From IMG/VR virus record IMGVR_UViG_3300021467_000093, positions 4,409 to 68,408 of that record: a stretch of DNA of 64,000 nucleotides. The stretch is one strand, 5' to 3'. Below, in pieces: positions 57,418-64,000 of this stretch. The stretch is from a virus. The first letter of the stretch is position 1. Every line of letters starts with the position of its first letter. The notes below the pieces were generated by a model, which ran no database searches, was not told the origin of the DNA, and saw nothing but the letters and a program-made list of their open reading frames with translations. Position numbers and translations under genes: made by a program.

Positions 57418-58446
57418 ATGAAACTGTTAACATATTTTGAAATAGCAAAAATTATTACTTTTTTAGTATTTATGGGGGTACTAGTTTTTGGCGGTATAAG
57501 TGGTTATGGATGGTTAAAATCGCAACTTATGCTACAGGAAAATAAATTGAAGTTAGAATTAGAAGCTCAACGAAAGTATTTTGAGTTAAAAATAAACGAG
57601 GTACGGGCTAATACTACAGTTACTAACGACAATTCTAAATTATGGAAAGCTGAGCTTGAAGAACTGAAAAAACAAAATCAAGAGTTGTTAGCATTAATTA
57701 AAAAGAATGACGAAAAAATAACTAATATAGGTAAAATTACAACACAAACAAATGAACACCTTTCTTTAGAACTGCATAAACTTTCAGATCATGTTTACAA
57801 AGCCGGTACTGGTGATGAAAATGAACAATACTTTAAAAAAATATATATTACAGAAAAAACAAAAGACGGTAAAAAAGTACGAATACCTGTCGCATGGGCT
57901 ATTTTTTATCCTAATAGACCGGCTGCTAAAAAATGGAAAACTGGAGTTTACCCGCTTGAATTTAAAACTAAAATTGTTCAAACAGAACAAAATGACGGTC
58001 AGTGGAATACTTACGTAGAGACATGGGCCGAAAATAATAAAGATAGTAAAAGTAAAGGTATTAAGCTCCCATTAAGAATTACTATTGCAGATTTTAAGCA
58101 AGTAAAAAATAAAGATAAAGAATTTTATTGGTGGGCGCCGCATTTTAATTTAAATATAGATTTAGGTTCGGCTAATTTTAAAAATCAAAATGAAGATTCA
58201 TTTATATATGGCGGAATAAGTTTTAGTGTTGCTGGGTATGGACGAACAAAAAATGATTTAACTTGGAGATTTTTGGATTTTGGCATAAGTACGAACGGTG
58301 ATGATACATATTTAAAGTTTTCCCCGGTAAATTATAACATTGGGGAACCATTACCATTTATTAATAATACATTTGTAGGCCCCTTTGTAGGCATTTCAAA
58401 TAAAGGAGAAAATGTTTATGGTGTGGGCCTTAGCGTACCCTTTTAA
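57418..58446 (+). CDS. Membrane-anchored protein: N-terminal TM, coiled coil, beta-rich C-terminus ending in Phe
   Basis: IITFLVFMGVLVFGGI; heptad region; ...YGVGLSVPF. Confidence 0.7.
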   Translation: MKLLTYFEIAKIITFLVFMGVLVFGGISGYGWLKSQLMLQENKLKLELEAQRKYFELKINEVRANTTVTNDNSKLWKAELEELKKQNQELLALIKKNDEKITNIGKITTQTNEHLSLELHKLSDHVYKAGTGDENEQYFKKIYITEKTKDGKKVRIPVAWAIFYPNRPAAKKWKTGVYPLEFKTKIVQTEQNDGQWNTYVETWAENNKDSKSKGIKLPLRITIADFKQVKNKDKEFYWWAPHFNLNIDLGSANFKNQNEDSFIYGGISFSVAGYGRTKNDLTWRFLDFGISTNGDDTYLKFSPVNYNIGEPLPFINNTFVGPFVGISNKGENVYGVGLSVPF

Positions 58447-58459
58447 TTGGAGGTAAACT

Positions 58460-58588
58460 ATGAAATATATAATTGCTATATTGTTGAGTATTGTATTATT
58501 TACAGCTATTACGATTTATAATTCCAAATCAACCGAATTACCTCTTCCTACTATAATTAAATACTTGTCAGTTCAAAAAAAGGTTTAA
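58460..58588 (+). CDS. 42-aa signal/TM peptide (absent from the ORF track)
   Basis: SD ggagg; MKYIIAILLSIVLFTAITIY... Confidence 0.45.
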   Translation: MKYIIAILLSIVLFTAITIYNSKSTELPLPTIIKYLSVQKKV

Positions 58589-58612
58589 ATTTTTAAAGTT
58601 TTGTGTTATAAT
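58584..58612 (+). promoter_or_regulatory. sigma70-type promoter (leaderless position before the ATG at 58617)
   Basis: TTTAAA-N17-TATAAT with extended TG. Confidence 0.7.
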
Positions 58613-58616
58613 ACAT

Positions 58617-58862
58617 ATGAAAAGAGGAAATGCTATAACAACTAAACATTGGTTGGTCGTTGTATTACTTACTTTTTTAGTTACATCAGGATTCTCCTTT
58701 TATAGTCTGTTTAAAGATACTGGAGATGGATATTCAATATTAATCGTTCCAAATGTTGGGGAGCATATTGAGATTGATTATTATGGCCAAGCAATTATAT
58801 ATAGACCTAGAGGGTTTGGAATGAAAAGCCCAAGAACATTAGATGGCGGGATGGGGGAATAA
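58617..58862 (+). CDS. Small membrane/secreted protein
   Basis: N-terminal hydrophobic segment. Confidence 0.55.
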   Translation: MKRGNAITTKHWLVVVLLTFLVTSGFSFYSLFKDTGDGYSILIVPNVGEHIEIDYYGQAIIYRPRGFGMKSPRTLDGGMGE

Positions 58863-58863
58863 T

Positions 58864-59784
58864 ATGAAAAAACTTCTTATACTACTATTTAGCTTAATAT
58901 TAATTGCATTACCATTAACAGCTAACAGCAAAACCTTAGTATTTCCACATTTAGCTGTAAACCATAATTGGTCGTTTGGCCTCGCAGTAGTAAATGCAAA
59001 CCCAGAATCCGCTGATATAGTTAGAATAGAAATATGGAACGAAAGTAATCTTATTAGCACTGAACGAATTACTATAGAACCTACTGACAGATGGCTATTT
59101 ACTGGCTATGAATTAGATGTTGGGACTTATACTATAATAGTTTATTATTGTGCAGATTGGACATTTGGAACATTGATACGTACTTGGAAAGACACCCCAA
59201 TAGCAGAAGAGCCTGCCCAAGTTATTCCATACACAAGTGATTTACAGAGCTATAATTCAAAAGATTCTCGTTACTGGGTAATACTAAACACGACTAAATA
59301 TTATACAAAAGCAGGTAAATGTCCGTTTATGGCTAAATATCATTATATAAGATTTAATGAAGTGTTGAAAGAGATGTATTTACGATATAAAGATATTAAT
59401 GACATTGATCCTAAACCTTCTTTAGGTGATGCTAATGCTTCAACATGAGAGGGTCATCCGGGTGGGTCTCACTCTACAGGATCTGCTATAGATGTTAATT
59501 ATTTTACATTAGGCCCGACCAATCATACACAATATATTCCTAATGGAGCTACGCGCGCAATTATATGGGATGATGATCAATTAGTAAACTTTGATATTGA
59601 GAGAAATAGGCTGTTTGTAAAGTTAGTAAAAGATGCGTTTCCAAATGTGGTAATTTATATGGATAAAAGAATAAAAGCGAAATGCGCCAATGATCTATAT
59701 TATGTAAAAGGTAATGAACCAAAAAAATGGAATCATCATATACATATGCATTTAGAGTTGGGTGAACTTAATATTAACCAGTGA
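58864..59784 (+). CDS. Secreted MepA/LAS-like metallopeptidase interrupted by an in-frame TGA at 59446-59448
   Basis: Signal peptide MKKLLILL...ANS; reading through gives LGDANAST*EGHPGGSHSTGSAIDV...NHHIHMH. Confidence 0.65.
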
Positions 59785-59805
59785 TTTATAAAGAAAGGAG
59801 CTATT

Positions 59806-60006
59806 ATGGAATATTATTGTTCAGTGCCAATGCCAAGAGAAGATGGTAAAATTTTAGATGAGGACGGTCGATATTTTACATGTAATAGAAAAGCTAAATA
59901 TAAAGTAGGGTTTTGGTATGTATGTGAAAAGCATAAACATTATTATACAGATCCAAACAAGTGGCCAGCAATCCCATTAGAAGAATTAAAAATTACTAAT
60001 GCATAA
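59806..60006 (+). CDS. Small Cys/His protein
   Basis: 66 aa, SD aaggag. Confidence 0.55.
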   Translation: MEYYCSVPMPREDGKILDEDGRYFTCNRKAKYKVGFWYVCEKHKHYYTDPNKWPAIPLEELKITNA

Positions 60007-60020
60007 AAAAGGAGTTAAAA

Positions 60021-60230
60021 ATGAAAAAATGTAAAGTAGATGTAGAAGCAAGTTTAAGGTATCAGGAAAATGGTAGACTTACACCAGCAGAAAATAAAGA
60101 GTATGCCAAGTCTAAACTAAAAAAAGTAGTTTGTCCTAACTGTAATTTTGAAAAAGAAGTAAGTAGGTTAATATTCGGTCAACAATTACATTGCCCTAAT
60201 TGCAATACAATTATGTTGGAACAATATTAG
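60021..60230 (+). CDS. Small zinc-ribbon protein
   Basis: CPNC twice; SD aaggag. Confidence 0.6.
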   Translation: MKKCKVDVEASLRYQENGRLTPAENKEYAKSKLKKVVCPNCNFEKEVSRLIFGQQLHCPNCNTIMLEQY

Positions 60231-60246
60231 AATTAATAATAAACAA

Positions 60247-61227
60247 ATGAAAAAAGACCTCGGACAATTTTTTACAGTTAATAAAAGCTGGGTTAAACCA
60301 CACATTAAAAGGTTTATTTATTCCTTTAACAAACATACTGTGGTTGATCCTTTTGCTGGAAATGGTGATTTATTAAATTTGGCCGAAGAATTAGGCTTTA
60401 AAAAATTAATCGGGTTTGATATCGATCCCTCTTTAGGTTGGGAAATAAATGATAGTTTAATTTCTATACCAAAAATTGATAATGCCATTGTAATTACTAA
60501 TCCACCATATTTGGCTAAGAATTCAGCTAAACGTATTAATAGTAAGAGTTATAAATATTTTGAAGATAACAATTATGAAGATCTTTATCAATTAGCAATT
60601 GAAAAAGTATTAAAACAATACGAAGGGGCTGTTTTTATAATACCAGAGACCTTTATTAGAACAAATTTGTTTGCTCAATACATTGAACATATTACAATTT
60701 TAGAAGAGAATTTGTTTGAGGATACCGAATGTCCAATTTGCATTGCATGCTTTCGTAAAAATAAAACTTTCTTTGATGATTTAATTTATGATATTTATAA
60801 GAATGAATCTTTTATTTGTGACTCATCGGAAATAAAATATCGTTTATTGAGATATAAACCCAAAAAAACTTATAATGTCAAATTTAATATGCAAGATGGT
60901 AATTTAGGTTTAAGGGCAATAGATGGCGTAGATCCTAAAAACAGAATTAAATTTTGTTTACCACATGAGTTAGATTATAAAGAGGAAATCAAGGAAAGTT
61001 CAAGAGCTATAACATTAATAGAAATTGATTTTAATGTTAATAAACAATTTATTAATTTATTAAATTATTTTTTAGAAGATTATAGAGCTCGAACACATGA
61101 TATTTTTTTGGCTCCATTCAAAAATAACAATAAAGCAGGGAAACGGCGTAGACGATTGGATTATAAATTAGCACGTGATTTAATTAATAAAACTTTAGAA
61201 ACAATGGAGAAGGATTATGAATGTTAA
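60247..61227 (+). CDS. N6-adenine DNA methyltransferase (gamma-type motif order)
   Basis: LGQFFT, VDPFAGNG, ITNPPY. Confidence 0.88.
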   Translation: MKKDLGQFFTVNKSWVKPHIKRFIYSFNKHTVVDPFAGNGDLLNLAEELGFKKLIGFDIDPSLGWEINDSLISIPKIDNAIVITNPPYLAKNSAKRINSKSYKYFEDNNYEDLYQLAIEKVLKQYEGAVFIIPETFIRTNLFAQYIEHITILEENLFEDTECPICIACFRKNKTFFDDLIYDIYKNESFICDSSEIKYRLLRYKPKKTYNVKFNMQDGNLGLRAIDGVDPKNRIKFCLPHELDYKEEIKESSRAITLIEIDFNVNKQFINLLNYFLEDYRARTHDIFLAPFKNNNKAGKRRRRLDYKLARDLINKTLETMEKDYEC

Positions 61228-61885
61228 AAATTATATACGAGAACATATCAAGAAACAGGATTTAAAAAATTTATATGAAGTTCAATATGCCATTTTACTT
61301 TATTTTGAAGGTCAAAGTGAACTTCCTAAGTGGCTTGATTACAAAGTCAATAAATTAGCTGAAAAATATAATATTAAACCGATGGAAATATTAGCCAATG
61401 CTTTAATTAATAAAGTAGCCGCTATTAATCTTATTAAAAAGGCTAATAGACAAAATATAGCAGAAAAATTACAGCTTAAATATTTACGAGAAATTAGAGG
61501 TATTAATATTAAAAGGCTACCTTCCAATGGAATTGGTTCAATACGATTAAAAGATGGTGAATTTATATTTGATTCTTTTAGAGCGCCACTAGGAGCTACA
61601 AAAAGCATTGATGCAGCTTATGAAAATGATTTAATAATGCTTAAATATGTTGAAGAATCTGGTGGTGCGCAAGATAATCAAATTAGTACTATTATCCATT
61701 TCTTAAAAGAGGCACAATTATTTTTAAATAAATATGAAAATAATTATAATTTTGTTGCTATTATTGACGGTGATTATATTGAGTCTAAGTTTAACGAATT
61801 ATATAGGTTCACTAATGAAAATATTATGATTTGTACAAGTGATACTTATAGATTTGATCATGCCACATCTAGTATTAGTGTGTAA
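61217..61885 (+). CDS. Putative restriction-type PD-(D/E)XK nuclease
   Basis: KSIDA...MLKYVEESGGAQDNQ...AIIDG; overlaps the MTase gene. Confidence 0.5.
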   Translation: MNVKNYIREHIKKQDLKNLYEVQYAILLYFEGQSELPKWLDYKVNKLAEKYNIKPMEILANALINKVAAINLIKKANRQNIAEKLQLKYLREIRGINIKRLPSNGIGSIRLKDGEFIFDSFRAPLGATKSIDAAYENDLIMLKYVEESGGAQDNQISTIIHFLKEAQLFLNKYENNYNFVAIIDGDYIESKFNELYRFTNENIMICTSDTYRFDHATSSISV

Positions 61886-61938
61886 ATTACAATAAATAAA
61901 TGCGCCCCATATTCATCTGATTAAGAAAAGGAGTTATT

Positions 61939-63633
61939 ATGAGAATCATTGATCAATATTGGGAATGGGTTCAAAGACCAAATTCGCCGCTCCTGATAAT
62001 AGAGCGGGCTGGAAGAACTTGTTATAAATCAGAAGATAAAATAACAAATGATTCAGCTCAGAAATTTGTTAAAGCAATTATTAAACGTGGCCATGAATCC
62101 GTAATTGAACATGCTGTAGCATCTATTCGTTTTATTACAAATAGAGGTTGTTGTTATGATGATAAAACTGAGGTTTTAACAAAAAATGGCTGGAAATTTT
62201 TCAAAGATATAACTTATAATGATGAATTAGCATGTTTAAATAATGAAGATTATCTAGAATATCATAAACCATTACAAATAATTAAAAAAGAGTGGGATGG
62301 CTATTTATTACATTTTGAATCACGTTTAATTGATCTTTTAGTTACTCCGAATCATAATATGTGGGTTTTTGATTATGATAAAAGATCACCAAAGACACGT
62401 ATTTGGAAATTTTTAAAAGCGGAAGACTTAAAAAATAATAGATATAAATTCAAAAAAAATGCTAAATGGAAAGGAAGAGTCCAGTCTATAACAATTCCAC
62501 AACATCCAACTAAATATAAAAGATTTCCAATAATTAAGTATGATCCACAACAAACAGCAGATTTATTTGAGTTATTAGGATATTGGGTAACTGATGGTTC
62601 ATATAAATATGGGAAAAATAATGGAAGTGGTAATTCAATAATTATTACACAAAGCAAACAAATACATATAAATAGAATAAAAAATTTATGTGAACATCTT
62701 AATTTACAATATTATTATAATAATAAAACTAATTATATAAGAATAGACAATTTACGATTAGTACGTTATTTTGAATCGCTTATTGGTAAAGGTGCTAAAA
62801 CCTTTACAATTAAAGTGCCTGAACTAATAAAAGAGGCAGTACCATGGCAAATAAAACGATTTTTAGACGGTGTTATAGGTGGAGATGGTAATATACACAA
62901 AACTAATAAACATATTGTAATTTATACAGCGTCTAAAAATTTTGCAGATGATTTACAAGAATTATTTTTAAAAATTGGATTATCAGCTAACATACGAACA
63001 GAATTACCTAGAGCAACAACTCATGTGATATTTACAAAATATGGTAATGCTGAAATTAAGCACAAAAGTATTATGTATATTGTATCAGTGTATCATAATA
63101 AAAGATCTGCACATTTATTAAATAAACATACGGCATATAATTTTGCGACAAAAAAGTATTATAAAGGATATGTATATTGTGTAACTGTACCATATCATAA
63201 ATTATATGTAAGACGTAATGGTAAAGTGGTTTGGTGTGGAAATTCTCATGAATTAGTTCGTCATAGATTGGCATCCTATTCACAAGAAAGTACCCGTTAT
63301 GTAGCATATAAAGATGAAATGGAATTTATACGTCCAGTATGGTGGGATAAATGGAGCGTAGAAGAACAGCAATTATGGCTGAATACATTACAAATTATTG
63401 AAAAAAATTATCAAACACTATTGCAAATAGGATGTCATCAAGAAAAAGCACGAGAAATATTACCTAATAGTTTAAAAACTGAAATAGTAGTAACTGCTAA
63501 TCTTAGGGAATGGCGACATATTTTTAAATTGAGATGTTCAAAAGCCGCACATCCACAGATTAGAGCATTAATGTTAGATTGTTTAGAAGGATTTAAAAAA
63601 GAAATTCCAATTATTTTTGATGATTTATTATAA
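61939..63633 (+). CDS. thyX: Flavin-dependent thymidylate synthase containing an intein
   Basis: GHESVIEH, SHELVRHR..SYSQESTRY, AREILP, NLREWRH, AAHPQIR. Confidence 0.96.
   Translation: MRIIDQYWEWVQRPNSPLLIIERAGRTCYKSEDKITNDSAQKFVKAIIKRGHESVIEHAVASIRFITNRGCCYDDKTEVLTKNGWKFFKDITYNDELACLNNEDYLEYHKPLQIIKKEWDGYLLHFESRLIDLLVTPNHNMWVFDYDKRSPKTRIWKFLKAEDLKNNRYKFKKNAKWKGRVQSITIPQHPTKYKRFPIIKYDPQQTADLFELLGYWVTDGSYKYGKNNGSGNSIIITQSKQIHINRIKNLCEHLNLQYYYNNKTNYIRIDNLRLVRYFESLIGKGAKTFTIKVPELIKEAVPWQIKRFLDGVIGGDGNIHKTNKHIVIYTASKNFADDLQELFLKIGLSANIRTELPRATTHVIFTKYGNAEIKHKSIMYIVSVYHNKRSAHLLNKHTAYNFATKKYYKGYVYCVTVPYHKLYVRRNGKVVWCGNSHELVRHRLASYSQESTRYVAYKDEMEFIRPVWWDKWSVEEQQLWLNTLQIIEKNYQTLLQIGCHQEKAREILPNSLKTEIVVTANLREWRHIFKLRCSKAAHPQIRALMLDCLEGFKKEIPIIFDDLL
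62152..63243 (+). mobile_element. Intein with LAGLIDADG endonuclease (364 aa) in ThyX
   Basis: NRGC|CYDDKTEVLT...VTPNH...LGYWVTDG...IGGDG...VYC...WCGN|SHELVRHR. Confidence 0.92.
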
Positions 63634-63799
63634 TCGTACTTAATAGTGCGTGAATTGAAACATTTTATGTATTGAAGATATTGAAGGAGAGGCTTGCCGC
63701 GCCCCATGCGGGCGCGTGAATTGAAACTATTCCTTGTTGTCGGATGGCCTTGAGGTTTTCTCCGTCGCGCCCCGTACAGGGGCGCGTGAATAATGAAAA
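63633..63799 (+). CRISPR. Type I-C-like CRISPR mini-array: 3 divergent repeats, 2 spacers (34 and 36 nt)
   Basis: R1 ATCGTACTTAATAGTGCGTGAATTGAAAC (63633-63661); R2 GCCGCGCCCCATGCGGGCGCGTGAATTGAAAC (63696-63727, 32 nt); R3 GTCGCGCCCCGTACAGGGGCGCGTGAAT... (from 63764). Confidence 0.9.
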
Positions 63800-63804
63800 T
63801 AATA

Positions 63805-63833
63805 TTTATAAATTTATAATTTTGTGTTATAAT
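63805..63833 (+). promoter_or_regulatory. sigma70-type promoter for the cas3-like gene
   Basis: TTTATA-N17-TATAAT with extended TG. Confidence 0.7.
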
Positions 63834-63850
63834 ACTATGAAGGAATAGCT

Positions 63851-64000
63851 ATGGAATTACAACAAGCATATGCGCATAAAAAATTAGTAAATGATAACAT
63901 TGTGTATCAACCATTATTGGATCATTTACTAGGCACAGCCAAAATAGCAGAGGCTTGTTATTATCATATAGCGGGTAATTGGGGGTATGTTGCTGGGCTA
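63851..64000 (+). CDS. cas3: Cas3 HD-nuclease N-terminus (truncated by the window; absent from the ORF track)
   Basis: MELQQAYAHKK...YQPLLDHLLGTAKIA...WGYVAGL matches the YAH..QxLxxHL..AGLxHD start of Cas3; lies next to I-C repeats. The HD residues would fall just past the edge. Confidence 0.75.
   Translation, partial: MELQQAYAHKKLVNDNIVYQPLLDHLLGTAKIAEACYYHIAGNWGYVAGL

Noticed and set aside
61902-61910. GCGCCCCAT upstream of thyX, identical to part of CRISPR repeat R2
   Set aside because: Only 9 nt, with no partner stem and no ATTGAAAC handle; possibly a remnant but not supportable.
5986-63707. Numerous 60-150 aa minus-strand and alternate-frame ORFs in the track
   Set aside because: They overlap well-supported + strand genes, lack motifs and look like shadow ORFs.
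1-64000. Genome-wide stop-codon reassignment
   Set aside because: TAA, TAG and TGA all terminate conserved genes at expected lengths; only one in-frame TGA case was found.

Overview
This is an AT-rich, gene-dense segment of a large (jumbo-type) dsDNA bacteriophage. Essentially all credible genes are on the + strand, driven by nine similar sigma70-type promoters. From left to right it carries: a replication/recombination block (beta clamp, RecA, DnaB, DnaG, RuvC-like, RecB-like nuclease, DnaX, PolA); a 10 kb sugar-synthesis/glycosyltransferase island; nucleotide metabolism genes (dUTPase, class II RNR, RNase HII, dCMP deaminase, ThyX); and a stress/proteostasis block (Hsp20, Map, complete prkA/yeaG-yeaH-spoVR set, tmRNA, Clp-like ATPase). 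There are also two methylase-nuclease pairs, four inteins and four zinc-ribbon-repeat homing endonucleases. The most notable signals are: (1) a type I-C CRISPR mini-array followed by the start of a Cas3 HD gene at the right edge, plus shortened 27-29 nt copies of the same repeat dispersed at gene boundaries about 20 kb away around the prkA-yeaH genes, suggesting regulatory crRNA-like RNAs or RNA anti-CRISPRs; (2) an unassigned GC-rich pseudoknotted RNA at about 37.8 kb; (3) a tmRNA with a non-canonical tag next to a single-AAA Clp ATPase with an IGF loop; (4) a MepA-like peptidase split by an in-frame TGA. The PxxKW protein, PAS domain, NrdJ and I-C repeats weakly suggest an anaerobic Desulfobacterota-like host (inference). 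All calls come from motif recognition by eye; no database searches were run.
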